Of a stretch of DNA of 64,000 nt, positions 1 through 11,365 are shown piece after piece. The stretch covers positions 20,912 to 84,911 of the forward strand of contig CALLMD010000013.1 of NCBI GenBank assembly GCA_938007935.1, given 5' to 3'. Position numbers and translations under genes: made by a program. The notes under the pieces were generated by a model. The model had not been told where the DNA came from. It did no database searches and worked only from the letters and a program-made list of their open reading frames with translations. How positions within the stretch are numbered: the first letter of the stretch is position 1; the number at the start of each line of letters is the position of its first letter. This DNA comes from an uncultured Hellea sp. (GTDB lineage: Bacteria; Pseudomonadota; Alphaproteobacteria; Caulobacterales; Maricaulaceae).

Positions 1-214
1 AGCAGTGCAGATAAAGGTCTAAATTGACGCGATTAGACTTGCTATTGATCAATCATCTGTCATTCTGCCTGCCGTCGAGCATGACATAATTGAAGCATAC
101 TGATTAACCGGTTCCTTGAACATCTTTGGTTCCATAAATTTAGAACTGCCCTCCTAACGAAATTGCCCGATAGGCCCGCGGATGGTCCGCGCGCAAATTT
201 TGAAAGGATCTATT

Positions 215-433
215 ATGGCTACTGGAGTTGTAAAATTTTTCAATCAATCCAAAGGCTTTGGATTTATCTCACCTGAAGATGGCGGCGCGGATGTGTTTGT
301 ACATATCTCTGCCGTTGAGGCGTCTGGCTGCCCACCACTTAACGATGGCATGAAGGTTAGCTTTGACACGGAAGCTGACACACGCGGTAAAGGCCCGAAA
401 GCGGTTAACTTGGCCCCTATTGCCGAGGCATAA
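215..433 (+). CDS. cspA: Cold-shock protein (CSD)
   Basis: RNP1/RNP2 motifs KGFGFI and DVFVHIS; start moved to ATG 215, which follows an AAAGGA RBS. Confidence 0.95.
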   Translation: MATGVVKFFNQSKGFGFISPEDGGADVFVHISAVEASGCPPLNDGMKVSFDTEADTRGKGPKAVNLAPIAEA

Positions 434-451
434 TTAAAGACAAAACAATAA

Positions 452-480
452 AAAAGCCCGCTCATAGGAGCGGGCTTTTC
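452..480. terminator. Bidirectional intrinsic terminator
   Basis: AAAAGCCCGCTC-atag-GAGCGGGCTTTT between two convergent genes. Confidence 0.9.
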
Positions 481-503
481 TTTATCTATCTAAGATTTAA
501 GGC

Positions 504-800
504 CTAGCCTTTATTGCCCATAATTTTTCCGAGGATGAAGGTCAAAATTGAGCCGCCCACACCGCCAGACACAACTCCTCCGAGAAGTGAACTCACATTC
601 AGACCTGCACCAGCAGCTGGACTTGCGAACAATCCGCCGAGACCAGGAATCATAGGCGCCAATGCCGCAAGCCCTGTTCCGCCAACAATACCTGTTAAGG
701 CACGGCCAGCTGTACCCATGCTTGAATTCATCATTTTACCCGCAAGAAGGCCGCCGCCGCCGCCGCTGAGTAAACCCAAAGCTAAACTTACAATATCCAT
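504..800 (-). CDS. Small glycine-rich hydrophobic membrane protein
   Basis: GGxGG repeats and hydrophobic segments; probable start ATG 800 after GGGGAA. Confidence 0.7.
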   Translation of the reverse strand: MDIVSLALGLLSGGGGGLLAGKMMNSSMGTAGRALTGIVGGTGLAALAPMIPGLGGLFASPAAGAGLNVSSLLGGVVSGGVGGSILTFILGKIMGNKG

Positions 801-943
801 ATATTCCCCATTTCTTTGACGATTAAACGCCAATTAGTTTAAGTTTTCGAGATACCTCATATATCTCTTGGAATAAGTCTGCCGCTAACTTATGTGTTTA
901 TCAAGCCTAAAATTAACATCTAAACCCTATAAAAGCCACCTCC

Positions 944-1390
944 ATGAACGTTAAATATCTGATTTTACTAACTATTCCACTGGTCTCCTGCGGGGGAAGT
1001 GACACTAAAATAACCGCTTCAAATACGGTAAAACCGACTGAAATTGTACAAGTTGCAGCTAATTCGGCTGAAATTTCTCCTATGGAACGCGGCGCTAAAC
1101 TCTATAAACGCTGCAAAGCTTGCCATACATTAGAGGATGGTGGCCGTCATAAAGTCGGCCCAAACTTATGGGACGTTTACGGAAAAAAGGCCGGATCAAA
1201 AGACGGATTTGCTTATTCAAAAGTCATGGCGGCCTCTGAGGTTATATGGGATGACTCAACAATGGACGGTTATATCGCGAAACCATCCGAATTTATGAAA
1301 GGCAACCGTATGAGCTTTGTTGGCATCAAGAAGCAAGAAGACCGCGATGCCCTGCAACTCTATTTGAAAACTCAAACGACTCCCAATTAA
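944..1390 (+). CDS. Class I cytochrome c (c2-like), probable lipoprotein
   Basis: CKACH haem motif, KVGPNL, PGNRM-like distal Met (KGNRMSF); N-terminal lipobox-like LVSC. Confidence 0.92.
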   Translation: MNVKYLILLTIPLVSCGGSDTKITASNTVKPTEIVQVAANSAEISPMERGAKLYKRCKACHTLEDGGRHKVGPNLWDVYGKKAGSKDGFAYSKVMAASEVIWDDSTMDGYIAKPSEFMKGNRMSFVGIKKQEDRDALQLYLKTQTTPN

Positions 1391-2217
1391 TATCGCACCC
1401 ATGTTCCTACCGACAGGCCTTTCTCACGCACAATATTGCGCCCAGCAATAGTTTCTTGATACCCGATTTGAACGAGTCTATTCGGCTTATACTCATACAC
1501 CATTGAGGCTTTTGCTTTTGTGCGGCGCTGCGTCGGGACGATAAAACCATCACGGCCAAAGGGGTTTCGATTAGCATGAAAAACTTGCGCAAGGAGCATA
1601 TATTTTTCATCTTTTTTGTGACCAAGTTTTTTATAGCCGAAGGTTAAGTCAGAATGCCATTCATCCAGCTTATTTAAATTTTTCGCACGAATTGCGAGTT
1701 GAGCATCGAAGAAAAGTACAAATTTTTCAAACTCTTTGCTTTGCCCCCATAAGCCTCGCAGTTCAAAACTATCCTCTGGACCATTTAAGTCCAAGATCGA
1801 ACTTGGCGGGCCGCCGCCCAAAATATAGCTGCCTTGTACGGACACGGCGAAACCTTCTTTCCGAGCAATTTGGTAACGAAACCCCAATTCAATATCGGTG
1901 AAATCAGAGAAATTTATCTGGCTTTGTAATCCAGAAAACTGAACGGTTTGATGCGCCCCATTGCCAACGAATGTCAGATGTTTGGTGAGTCCATGCTCAT
2001 AAAAAATACGGCCTTCATTTTTGGAAAATACTAATTCTGTTTCCTCAAATTCTATATCACTAAAAGCTGACTTTGCTTTGCTATAATCATATGTTGAGAT
2101 GATCTGCCCATCCCCTGGTTCTAAATTCCATGCTCCTGCAAAAGCAGAGGATGTAGATAAACTCCAAAACATCCAGCTAATAACACTTAGCAAAGCTATA
2201 AAATGGTAAAGTCTCAA
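1387..2217 (-). CDS. Hypothetical exported protein, probable outer-membrane beta-barrel
   Basis: Signal peptide ending AFA, alternating amphipathic strands, C-terminal aromatic residue (WVRY). Confidence 0.65.
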   Translation of the reverse strand: MRLYHFIALLSVISWMFWSLSTSSAFAGAWNLEPGDGQIISTYDYSKAKSAFSDIEFEETELVFSKNEGRIFYEHGLTKHLTFVGNGAHQTVQFSGLQSQINFSDFTDIELGFRYQIARKEGFAVSVQGSYILGGGPPSSILDLNGPEDSFELRGLWGQSKEFEKFVLFFDAQLAIRAKNLNKLDEWHSDLTFGYKKLGHKKDEKYMLLAQVFHANRNPFGRDGFIVPTQRRTKAKASMVYEYKPNRLVQIGYQETIAGRNIVREKGLSVGTWVRY

Positions 2218-2295
2218 ATTCCAACCCCTGATATAGTGTTTAATCTTTGCGCTGGGCCTAAGTCAAATGCTATAGCCAAAGCCAATTTGGAGTAA

Positions 2296-3087
2296 ATGTT
2301 GGCTAAGTCACCTAAAACAATAAAAAAAATCGCCTTTGCAGCAAGCAATAAACCTGCCGCAAAAGACGCTCTCAAGACGCTCATCAGCCAATATGGAGAC
2401 CACAATCCTGCCGATGCAGATGCCATCGTGGCCTTAGGCGGAGACGGTTTCATGCTCCATACCTTACGCAACCATATGCCGCTTATTCGCAAGGGCCTGC
2501 CTGTCTATGGCATGAATAAAGGCACCATCGGGTTTTTGATGAATGAATATAGTGAAGTTGATTTGATTGACCGCGTTTCCAAAGCCGAAACTACGACGGT
2601 GCGTCCGTTAAAAATGACGGCCAAAGGTAAAAACGGTACTTATGAAGAACTCGCCTTTAATGAAGTTTCCCTTTACCGCCAAACACAACAAGCCGCGCAT
2701 ATCAAAATTAATGTCGATGGCAAGACGCGCCTAGAGCACTTAATCGCCGATGGCGTACTTATTGCGACCCCCGCAGGATCAACGGCTTATAATTTGTCAG
2801 CGCATGGCCCTGTCGTCCCTTTAGGCGCCCATATTCTTGCCCTCACCCCCATTAGTGCCTTTCGTCCACGACGCTGGCGCGGCGCGTTACTCAATGCTGA
2901 TGCAAAAGTAGAATTTGAGATATTAGATAGCCAAAAACGTCCCGTCGCTGCTTCCGCGGATAATCAAGAAATTCGCAATATTGAAAAAGTAACGGTTGAG
3001 CAGGACAATGAAACTTCACTGACGCTTTTATTTGATCCAGACCATGGCCTTGGCGAAAAAATTCTCCGTGAACAGTTTGCGCCTTAA
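2296..3087 (+). CDS. nadK: NAD kinase
   Basis: GGDGFML, FNEV and TPAGSTAYNLSAHGP motifs. Confidence 0.95.
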   Translation: MLAKSPKTIKKIAFAASNKPAAKDALKTLISQYGDHNPADADAIVALGGDGFMLHTLRNHMPLIRKGLPVYGMNKGTIGFLMNEYSEVDLIDRVSKAETTTVRPLKMTAKGKNGTYEELAFNEVSLYRQTQQAAHIKINVDGKTRLEHLIADGVLIATPAGSTAYNLSAHGPVVPLGAHILALTPISAFRPRRWRGALLNADAKVEFEILDSQKRPVAASADNQEIRNIEKVTVEQDNETSLTLLFDPDHGLGEKILREQFAP

Positions 3088-3102
3088 CAGTTTGCCACTT
3101 AG

Positions 3103-4251
3103 TTATGACGCGAGCTCTATATCTGAAAAACCGTCTAGCATTTCCAAGAACCACAGCTGTTCTGACTCTGGTAGTTCAAATGGTAGCGTTAAAACGCGTT
3201 CTATCATAAGCTCTTGAAAGTGACGGCGGTCATAAGTTAGGCCAGAAAGTTCTAAATCTTTGAAAATGACGCAAGCAGCAAGAATAATTTGAATTGAATT
3301 ATCATCAAGCTTTGCGCGGCGGCAAAGGGCCTTTAGACCAAATGGTCCGCCATCATGCACCATTAAAACCGCTTTTCGAATCCCAACCCCAGATAGCTGT
3401 GCAAGGGCGTATTCAACAAATCGCATTTGCCCGCTTCCTGCCGCTCGAATAATCAGAGAAGATGTCAGGCGACCTTGTTGATCAATCGCTTTAACCAAGG
3501 CGGCTAAGTCTTTGGCGACCCATGATTGATCGAGAAAATCTAAAACAGCCCGTTCACGCGTGCGGCTGGCAAGATCTATAGCGATATCAACAGGAACTGA
3601 ATGCTGTTTAACAAGCTCAACGGCAACATCTTCACTGACAAGGGCAATCATTTTTTCGACAATTCGGGGCGGCAAATCTCGGCGCGCTATCATTCCCTGT
3701 GCAATAATATTTTGCCCTATCAAATCATCATTTTTATAAATTTCTAGCATCTCAGATGCTGTTTCTTCTGATATTAAAGCACCGTCATTAGCAGCAACCT
3801 CCGCCACGGCATGGCTATCCCCAAAACGAATAATAGCCCGCGCAACATGATCACTCACGCTGACGCGTTTAGCCACTGCGATAACCTTCGCGGCCGCTTT
3901 GGACTTTAAAATATCGATTAAATCCTGATCAGAAAATACAGGAGAGTGTGTCAAAACAGGCACGGCAATCGTCTCAATATCCTTAGCGAGTTTCACTGCG
4001 ATTTCACGTGGCAATTTGGGTGAATTTTTTAATGTCACAGCTAAAGCCCGGCGCACCATCTCTGCGCTATCTTCGGCGATGTGGTCTAAAAGCTGTTTCG
4101 CAAATTCGCGTTCTTGTTTGGACAGCGCGTTATCTCTCATATTCCGGCAGATTCGCTGCGCCGCCAATGCACGTATTGTTTCATCGGGATGACGCACAGC
4201 TAAACGAATGTCTTCAACATCAAAATGTTTAAGGGCAGATTTTTCTATCAT
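3103..4251 (-). CDS. DUF2336 family protein
   Basis: Helical repeat pattern VRRALAVTLK...LAKD...VAVPVL.HSPVFSD.DL typical of this alphaproteobacterial family. Confidence 0.8.
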   Translation of the reverse strand: MIEKSALKHFDVEDIRLAVRHPDETIRALAAQRICRNMRDNALSKQEREFAKQLLDHIAEDSAEMVRRALAVTLKNSPKLPREIAVKLAKDIETIAVPVLTHSPVFSDQDLIDILKSKAAAKVIAVAKRVSVSDHVARAIIRFGDSHAVAEVAANDGALISEETASEMLEIYKNDDLIGQNIIAQGMIARRDLPPRIVEKMIALVSEDVAVELVKQHSVPVDIAIDLASRTRERAVLDFLDQSWVAKDLAALVKAIDQQGRLTSSLIIRAAGSGQMRFVEYALAQLSGVGIRKAVLMVHDGGPFGLKALCRRAKLDDNSIQIILAACVIFKDLELSGLTYDRRHFQELMIERVLTLPFELPESEQLWFLEMLDGFSDIELAS

Positions 4252-4310
4252 AGCTCATATAAATACGCCTTTATGGTAAACGAGGCGTTAGTAAATGAGG
4301 CCTTAGGCGA

Positions 4311-4664
4311 TTAAGTTGTCGTCCAGACGGCGAGTTCATTGCCTGAGGGGTCGCTGAAATGAAAACGTCTGCCACCAGGAAAATCAAATATCGGGATTGT
4401 GATTTCGCCGCCTGCATTTATCACAGCTTCTTCAGTCGCTTCTAAATCTTCAGAATAAAGTACGACCAACGCGCCTTGGTTAGAGGGTTTGCGCGCGCCA
4501 GCATCGGCGTCAAAACCACCGTCGACACCCGCGCCGGTGATAGCGGCATATTTAGGGCCATAATCAACATAGCTCCAACCGAAAACGGCCGTGTAAAAGG
4601 CCTTCATAGGCGCAATGTCCGTGGCCGGAAGTTCTATATAGTTAAAATGATGGTGAGAGCTCAC
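4311..4664 (-). CDS. VOC/glyoxalase family protein
   Basis: NYIELPA...FY..VFGW and [18 protein letters not shown]; 4-bp overlap with the alaS stop. Confidence 0.88.
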   Translation of the reverse strand: MSSHHHFNYIELPATDIAPMKAFYTAVFGWSYVDYGPKYAAITGAGVDGGFDADAGARKPSNQGALVVLYSEDLEATEEAVINAGGEITIPIFDFPGGRRFHFSDPSGNELAVWTTT

Positions 4665-7297
4665 AATGATATGGCTGCTTTAATGGCGGCCAGCGCGTCA
4701 TCTGCTCCCGCAACATTGGTGCCGCCAGCTTGGGCCATACCTGGTTTTCCGCCGCCGCGTCCGCCTACTTTTTCCGCGCCAACGTTCACAAGTGTTGCCG
4801 CCGAGTAGGTTTTGGTTAAATCATCTGTCACAGCCACAGCGACAGCTACTTTTTCACCGTCCTTCGCAACAAAGGCAACAATACCCGAGCCGATTGCAGA
4901 GAGTTGATCATTAAGCATCGCGCGAAGGTCTTTGCCAGACACACCATCCAAGACGCCGCCGATAAATTTAATCCCATTAATGTCTTCAGCTTTTGCCGCC
5001 CCGCCAGAGCCGCCCAAAGCGAGAGCTTTCTTAGCGTCTGATAACTCTTTTTCGAGTTTCTTACGCTCTGCAATCAAGGCTTGAATGCGGTTTGGTACAT
5101 CTTCGGGTTTTGATTTCAGCGTATCAGCTGCGGCGCGCGTATAACCCGCAAAAGTCTCTAAATATTGACGTGCGGCCTCACCTGTCACGGCTTCTACGCG
5201 GCGAATACCCGCCGCAACAGCGCCTTCGGACACGATTTTAAACAAGGCAATATCCCCTGTCCGCTCGACATGCGTTCCGCCGCAAAGTTCTACAGAATAA
5301 GCTTTCGGATCATCATCAATCGGCTCTCCCAGCGAGAGCACGCGAACTTCATCGCCATATTTCTCGCCAAACAAGGCCATAGCGCCAGCCTTCATAGCGG
5401 CTTCTGGATTCATCAGTTTCGTGTCTGCAGGCGCGTTTTGTAATATGACTTGATTAACTTGATCTTCGACTGTTGAGAGCTCTTCTCGGCTTATTGCTGA
5501 ACCATGCGAGATATCAAAACGAATACGCTCGCCATCCACCATTTGTCCCTTTTGTGTGACATGCTCGCCGAGTACGCGGCGTAGGGCTTCATGCATAATA
5601 TGGGTCGCAGAATGGTTGGCCATCGTACGTTTACGGTTATCTGGATCTACAGTTAGCGTTACGTCATCACCTTTGCATATTTCACCTTTTAATGTCCCAA
5701 TATGAACATGAAGATCGCCCGCTTTTTTCTGAACATCAGAGATTATCACTTCACCCTTTGGGAATATAGCGCGGCCCTTATCACCAGCTTGGCCACCGCT
5801 CTCTGCGTAGAAAGGCGTTGTTTTCGTTACAAACATGACGTCACAATCAGCCGCTTTTTCCACAAGGTTGCCATTAGCAAATACTGTATGAGCGGAGGCC
5901 TTTTGAGATAAATCTTCATAGCCTGTAAATTCCGTCGGACCATTGACCTCTTTAGCTGCGAGCCAAATATCATCTGTGCCAGTATCGCCCGACTTAAATC
6001 CTGCCGCGCGGGACTCTTCTTTTTGTCGGGCCATGGCGGCGTCAAAACCGTCTGTATCGACAGCGATACCTTTGGATTTAAGCGCGTCTTGCGTCAAATC
6101 AAGGGGAAAACCAAATGTGTCGTAAAGTTTGAAAGCTGTTTCACCGTCAAGTGTATCGCCCTCTTTAAGAGATGCCGTGGCTTCATCTAGAAGCGCGGTC
6201 CCTCTACCTAATGTACGGCGAAAGCGCTCCTCTTCTTGTTCAAAAGTCGCTTGTAGGGACGCCTTAGCCCGTCCCAGTTCGGGGTATGCATCGCCCATTT
6301 CACTTATCAAACTTGGGACGAGACGGTGCATAAGCGGGTCTTTTGCACCCAATATATGCGCGTGTCGCATGGCGCGGCGCATGATGCGGCGCAGCACATA
6401 ACCGCGTCCTTCATTTGACGGCGAGACGCCATCGGCCATAAGAAAAGAACAAGAGCGTAAGTGATCCGCGATAACGCGGTGTGAAAACATCGCCTCGCCC
6501 TCAGCCTTCACGCCAGTTAAGTCAACGGATGCGCTAATCAGATTTTGAAACAAATCAATATCGTAATTATCGTGCTTACCCTGCAAAATAGCGGCGGTGC
6601 GCTCTAGCCCCATCCCGGTGTCAATTGAGGGTTTGGGTAGCGGCACTTGGCTACCATCAGCATGTTTTTCAAATTGCATGAAAACCAAATTCCAAATTTC
6701 GATAAAACGATCACCATCTTCATCAGGCGAACCCGGAGGGCCGCCCGCAATGTCAGCGCCGTGATCGTAGAAAATTTCTGAACAGGGACCGCATGGTCCT
6801 GTATCACCCATGGCCCAAAAATTATCTGAAGTCGCGATACGGATTATCCGGTCATCCGAAAGTCCTGCGACTTTCTTCCATAGATTAAACGCCTCATCAT
6901 CTGTGTGATAGACCGTGACAAGCAGTTTATCCTTATCAAAACCAAAGTCTTTGGTGACAAGGTTCCATGCATGCTCAATCGCTACATCTTTGAAATAATC
7001 TCCAAAACTAAAATTACCCAGCATTTCAAAAAATGTGTGATGGCGCGCCGTATAGCCAACATTGTCAAGATCGTTATGCTTACCCCCTGCTCTCACGCAT
7101 TTTTGCGACGTCACAGCCCGCGGATGAGGCGGGGTTGTAGCGCCAGTAAAATAGTCTTTGAACTGGACCATACCCGCATTGGTAAAAAGCAGTGTTGGGT
7201 CATTATCGGGCACTAAAGGGCTCGAAGCCGCCACTGTGTGCTCTGCGCCTTCAAAGAAGCTCAAAAATTGTTTACGGATGTCTCTCAGACTGGTCAT
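4661..7297 (-). CDS. alaS: Alanine--tRNA ligase
   Basis: [39 protein letters not shown] editing motif, C-terminal GGGK...AQAGG. Confidence 0.99.
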   Translation of the reverse strand: MTSLRDIRKQFLSFFEGAEHTVAASSPLVPDNDPTLLFTNAGMVQFKDYFTGATTPPHPRAVTSQKCVRAGGKHNDLDNVGYTARHHTFFEMLGNFSFGDYFKDVAIEHAWNLVTKDFGFDKDKLLVTVYHTDDEAFNLWKKVAGLSDDRIIRIATSDNFWAMGDTGPCGPCSEIFYDHGADIAGGPPGSPDEDGDRFIEIWNLVFMQFEKHADGSQVPLPKPSIDTGMGLERTAAILQGKHDNYDIDLFQNLISASVDLTGVKAEGEAMFSHRVIADHLRSCSFLMADGVSPSNEGRGYVLRRIMRRAMRHAHILGAKDPLMHRLVPSLISEMGDAYPELGRAKASLQATFEQEEERFRRTLGRGTALLDEATASLKEGDTLDGETAFKLYDTFGFPLDLTQDALKSKGIAVDTDGFDAAMARQKEESRAAGFKSGDTGTDDIWLAAKEVNGPTEFTGYEDLSQKASAHTVFANGNLVEKAADCDVMFVTKTTPFYAESGGQAGDKGRAIFPKGEVIISDVQKKAGDLHVHIGTLKGEICKGDDVTLTVDPDNRKRTMANHSATHIMHEALRRVLGEHVTQKGQMVDGERIRFDISHGSAISREELSTVEDQVNQVILQNAPADTKLMNPEAAMKAGAMALFGEKYGDEVRVLSLGEPIDDDPKAYSVELCGGTHVERTGDIALFKIVSEGAVAAGIRRVEAVTGEAARQYLETFAGYTRAAADTLKSKPEDVPNRIQALIAERKKLEKELSDAKKALALGGSGGAAKAEDINGIKFIGGVLDGVSGKDLRAMLNDQLSAIGSGIVAFVAKDGEKVAVAVAVTDDLTKTYSAATLVNVGAEKVGGRGGGKPGMAQAGGTNVAGADDALAAIKAAISL

Positions 7298-7333
7298 CGT
7301 GTGTTTTTCTCATTAATCAGACCCCTCATATAG

Positions 7334-7444
7334 AAAGAGCGCTCGGCAGTGCCAAGCGCTCTTTTGATTTCGGTCAGGAAAAAATCAGGGGAAGGAACGT
7401 CTCCTGACCTATAAAGACAGAAAAAGGGGAAGGGTCTGTCTTTA
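7334..7444 (-). other. Three tandem hairpins in the recA-alaS spacer; two have CCUUCCCCU loops, the third is terminator-like
   Basis: Stems 7413-7421/7435-7443, 7372-7379/7402-7409 and 7334-7343/7355-7364; AGGGGAAGG occurs at 7387 and 7425 on the + strand. Confidence 0.6.
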
Positions 7445-7463
7445 AATTTAGATAATTGAAAGT

Positions 7464-8573
7464 CTAGGCGCCAAGAGCGGCAATAGTGTCATCCTTGCCA
7501 TCATCTTCAACTTGCTCTTCGGTTGGCATGAGAAGTTCATCTTCGATAAGGCCTTCATTGACACGAATTTGCTGTTCAAGACGTTCAGCCATTTCTTTAT
7601 TTTCCAAAAGGAACTTTCTGACATTTTCACGGCCTTGTCCGATTCGAACATCACCATAAGAGAACCATGAGCCAGATTTTTCGACAACACCCGCTTTTAC
7701 GCCAAGGTCAATAAGTTCGCCTGTTTTTGAAATACCCTGCCCATACATAATATCAAATTCGACTTGACGGAAAGGCGGCGCAACTTTGTTTTTGACGACT
7801 TTTACCCGTGTTTGGTTGCCGATAACTTCATCACGATATTTAATCGCGCCAATACGGCGAATATCAAGACGGACAGAGCTGTAGAATTTTAGCGCATTAC
7901 CGCCTGTTGTTGTTTCAGGCGAGCCATACATCACGCCAATTTTCATCCGAATTTGGTTGATAAAAATAACCATACAGCCCGACTTGGAAATTGACCCCGT
8001 CAATTTACGCAGGGCTTGACTCATCAGGCGCGCTTGAAGCCCGGGAAGACTATCCCCCATATCGCCTTCAAGTTCAGCGCGCGGCGTAAGTGCTGCTACA
8101 GAATCGACAACAAGAATATCAACAGCGCCTGAGCGGACTAATGTATCTGCAATTTCTAAGGCCTGTTCACCCGTATCTGGCTGCGCAATTAAAAGCTCAT
8201 TCACGTCAACACCAAGCTTAGCAGCATAAACAGGGTCGAGCGCATGTTCCGCATCAATAAAAGCCGCAACGCCGCCTGCTTTTTGCATTTCAGCAATGAC
8301 ATGAAGCGTAAGCGTTGTTTTACCTGAACTTTCAGGTCCATAAACTTCAATGACACGGCCTTTTGGAAGGCCGCCTATGCCGAGCGCAATATCCAGACCT
8401 AGTGAGCCTGTTGATATCGCTTCAACATCCATGGTTGTTTTTGAACCCAATTTCATAACCGAGCCCTTACCAAAGGCACGATCTATTTGAGACAATGCAG
8501 CATCCAGAGCAGCGGATTTATTTTTGTCGTCGACTTTACCCACGACGGTCAATGGGGTTGAATTTCTGGCCAT
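7464..8573 (-). CDS. recA: Recombinase A
   Basis: GPESSGKTT Walker [15 protein letters not shown]. Confidence 0.99.
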   Translation of the reverse strand: MARNSTPLTVVGKVDDKNKSAALDAALSQIDRAFGKGSVMKLGSKTTMDVEAISTGSLGLDIALGIGGLPKGRVIEVYGPESSGKTTLTLHVIAEMQKAGGVAAFIDAEHALDPVYAAKLGVDVNELLIAQPDTGEQALEIADTLVRSGAVDILVVDSVAALTPRAELEGDMGDSLPGLQARLMSQALRKLTGSISKSGCMVIFINQIRMKIGVMYGSPETTTGGNALKFYSSVRLDIRRIGAIKYRDEVIGNQTRVKVVKNKVAPPFRQVEFDIMYGQGISKTGELIDLGVKAGVVEKSGSWFSYGDVRIGQGRENVRKFLLENKEMAERLEQQIRVNEGLIEDELLMPTEEQVEDDGKDDTIAALGA

Positions 8574-8656
8574 AAGATAACTCCAGTATAAATGACCGGA
8601 GCCCTTCGGTCATTGTCTTGAAATTTCGGCTGGTATTGGACTGCCGTGCCATGTTT

Positions 8657-8671
8657 GTTCCACAAATGTTC
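8657..8671. promoter_or_regulatory. LexA (SOS) box, alphaproteobacterial type
   Basis: GTTC-cacaaat-GTTC upstream of recA. Confidence 0.88.
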
Positions 8672-8689
8672 TTAAGGCGCAAGCAAAAA

Positions 8690-8704
8690 GAACAAAAATG
8701 GAAC
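8690..8704. promoter_or_regulatory. Second LexA box, opposite orientation
   Basis: GAAC-aaaaatg-GAAC upstream of recA. Confidence 0.82.
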
Positions 8705-8724
8705 AATTTTATCCACAATGTCAT

Positions 8725-11265
8725 TTAAACATCACTTTCCCCAATTTCAGCTTTCACTTTTTCGGCTAATTGAGCCAATGTGAAGGGCTTGGGTAGGAAA
8801 GTAACATCAGGTTCTTCTGATAAAAGCTCGGAAAACTCTTCCTCGGCATAGCCAGAGATAAAGACGATTCGCGCATCGCCCAAGATTTTACGTCCCTTTT
8901 TAAGGAGGGTCGGTCCGTCCATACCTGGCATAACGACGTCAGATATCATCATGTCGAATTCATGCTCTTCATCTTCTAATATCTCAAGGGCCTCTTCACC
9001 ATCCTCGGCTTCAATCACCTTATAACCCCGCTTGCGTAATGTCTTAGCCGCGATAAGGCGAACTGAGGCTTCATCTTCGACAAAAAGAATTGTGCCCTGC
9101 CCGGCTAGATTCACGGGTTTGCGTGTCTCAGCGGGGACCTTTATTACGGGCTCGCTCAAAGCTTCGGAGGGATCAGCCGCAGGCAGATACATGCGGAAGG
9201 TGGTCCCCTTCCCTAATATGCTATCCACCATAAGATGACCGCCAGATTGCTGGACAATCCCGTAAACTGTCGCCAGTCCAAGACCTGTACCTTTGCCCTG
9301 TTCTTTGGTCGTGAAGAAAGGTTCAAAGATTTTTAACTTCACCTCGTCAGTCATGCCTGTGCCTGTGTCAGAGACATCAATCACGATGAAGCTGGCCGCT
9401 TTAATATCTTTAAGGGCTAGAATTATACTTTGATCGTCAAGATCGCTGCGTGCAATTTCTGAACTTTTAATCGTAATAACTCCGCCGCCCTGCTCTTCCA
9501 TCGCGTCGCGGGCATTAACACATAGGTTCATCAGCACAGTATCGATTTGGCTTTTATCAGCCCTGATGGGCGATAGTCCCCGACCATGAACCATATTGAG
9601 CTTGGCGCGCTCGCCCAATGTTTGCTTTAGCGTTACAGCCATATCCGAAAGCGTATCGGTTACACTCAGAAGTTCCGTACGGCGGGTTTGCTTTCTAGAG
9701 AAGGCCAGCAATTTTTTAACTAGCGCGGCCGCCCTTATACCTGTCGTATTTATGCTTTGTAGCTCAGGATAAGACGGATCGCCCACAGGATGGCGTTGTA
9801 AAAGCTCATCCGTATTTAAGCGAATGGCCGTCAACAGGTTATTAAAATCATGAGCGACTCCAGCCGCCAATTGACCAATGGCCTGCATCTTCTGTGATTG
9901 CACGAGTTGATCTTCGAGTGACTTACGTGCTGAAACATCGACCATATAGGCCCAGCTTACTTTAGCATCCTCAGGATCAGCGACGATATAAACAGAGACG
10001 GGTAATGATTTATCACCTGAGAGGGTAGCATTAAACGGATCGCCTGAGTCGCATTCGCGAGCTCTCATGCCTAAAAAGCGGTGTTCATTATCTTTGGGTG
10101 CAAATATTTTCTTGAATTGAAGTCCCTCCCAAGACAGACCTTCGCTCATACTCTCAAAAGCAGGGTTTGCACTTTGAATAACAGCGTCTCCCAACTCATC
10201 CCCGCTCAAATGAAGAACCGCGACAGGGGCAGAGGTAATACCAGCCGACATATAATTGTCGCCAGCAGGACGGGACGATGTTTCAAGCGTTGCTGCCTTA
10301 TTCGCCCTAAAACTGGAATGGCCATAAAGAGCAACGCTAGCGACATCTTCTCCATTATTAAGCTTATGCCATGTCCCAACCATAAGGCTGGGCGTTACAA
10401 CCCCTTTTCGCGTTATAAGCCGCGTATCGACGCGAATGATTCTGCCCGTTGTCGCCGGACTTTCGAGAAGGGCCCCTGCATCTTCAATAAAGTCTTTGAT
10501 ACTATCTGGCCGAATATTATCTTCGCCGCCAAGCCATCGATCTAAAACTGAATTCGTCGCAATGATATCCCCATCCCGCGTGACAGAAAATAAACCCACA
10601 GGCGCGTCAACAAGAAGACTCTCTTCTTGAGAATTGGTCTTTGTATCGTCTTTAATTAGCCATAGCTGTTCAGTTCCCAAAGACCGTACCATAATATTAT
10701 AGCGGCGAAGATTACTCTCGCTATCGAGCATATCAATATACTCTTCGGCCTCAGTTTTATTTGTACTCATATGATAGAGCCTAAATATTGCTGAGGCGGT
10801 ATCTTTACCAGCGCCGCTAAATAATCGGTCCACAGAAGGCGGGGATTGGCTTTCGCCCATCGCGCCTATGTCTTTTGCCAAGGCTAAATAAGCTTGGTTA
10901 GCATGTAAGGGTTTTCCATCTTTAACAATAAGGCTGGCTAGCGGGTTTTTAAAAAACGCCTCTGAATATGGGTTTTCTCGGCTTGCAAAGCGGCGCTCAT
11001 TAGCTTCGGGTTTTGCGCGCGCCATTGAGAAAAAAGACAAAAGCCCCATTCCGCCAACTAACGCTGTCCCGCAAAGTAATAGAAAAGCTGGCCAGCCCAG
11101 CTTTGAGGCATTTAGCCCTGCGATCACCAGGCTCGACAAGATTAAAGCCATAAGTACTACGGTAAATATCCAAAGCCCCAAACTCTTCTTTGGGGATACG
11201 TCGATATCTACATTATCTCGAATCACTCGCTCCATTTGGGAAGCATAGGTAGGAACGTTCGACAA
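8725..11265 (-). CDS. cckA: Hybrid histidine kinase CckA
   Basis: Two N-terminal TM segments, PAS-like regions, [24 protein letters not shown]-box, FEPFFTTK...GTGLGL, C-terminal receiver domain; adjacent to recA. Confidence 0.9.
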   Translation of the reverse strand: MSNVPTYASQMERVIRDNVDIDVSPKKSLGLWIFTVVLMALILSSLVIAGLNASKLGWPAFLLLCGTALVGGMGLLSFFSMARAKPEANERRFASRENPYSEAFFKNPLASLIVKDGKPLHANQAYLALAKDIGAMGESQSPPSVDRLFSGAGKDTASAIFRLYHMSTNKTEAEEYIDMLDSESNLRRYNIMVRSLGTEQLWLIKDDTKTNSQEESLLVDAPVGLFSVTRDGDIIATNSVLDRWLGGEDNIRPDSIKDFIEDAGALLESPATTGRIIRVDTRLITRKGVVTPSLMVGTWHKLNNGEDVASVALYGHSSFRANKAATLETSSRPAGDNYMSAGITSAPVAVLHLSGDELGDAVIQSANPAFESMSEGLSWEGLQFKKIFAPKDNEHRFLGMRARECDSGDPFNATLSGDKSLPVSVYIVADPEDAKVSWAYMVDVSARKSLEDQLVQSQKMQAIGQLAAGVAHDFNNLLTAIRLNTDELLQRHPVGDPSYPELQSINTTGIRAAALVKKLLAFSRKQTRRTELLSVTDTLSDMAVTLKQTLGERAKLNMVHGRGLSPIRADKSQIDTVLMNLCVNARDAMEEQGGGVITIKSSEIARSDLDDQSIILALKDIKAASFIVIDVSDTGTGMTDEVKLKIFEPFFTTKEQGKGTGLGLATVYGIVQQSGGHLMVDSILGKGTTFRMYLPAADPSEALSEPVIKVPAETRKPVNLAGQGTILFVEDEASVRLIAAKTLRKRGYKVIEAEDGEEALEILEDEEHEFDMMISDVVMPGMDGPTLLKKGRKILGDARIVFISGYAEEEFSELLSEEPDVTFLPKPFTLAQLAEKVKAEIGESDV

Positions 11266-11365
11266 TTACACCATTTTCCGACCAAAAATTCCAATTCTGC
11301 TCAAAAAACAACCTTGGTCTTTTATCTACAATGACTAGAGTAATTTAAAAATTTAAGGGATTTTA

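Noticed and set aside
823-837. CtrA-like TTAA-N7-TTAG near the glycine-rich gene
   Set aside because: Imperfect match in AT-rich DNA; too weak to call.
4661-11265. cckA-recA-alaS clustering, and likewise purCSQL-bolA-grxD and senC/regBA
   Set aside because: Common alphaproteobacterial synteny; not novel.
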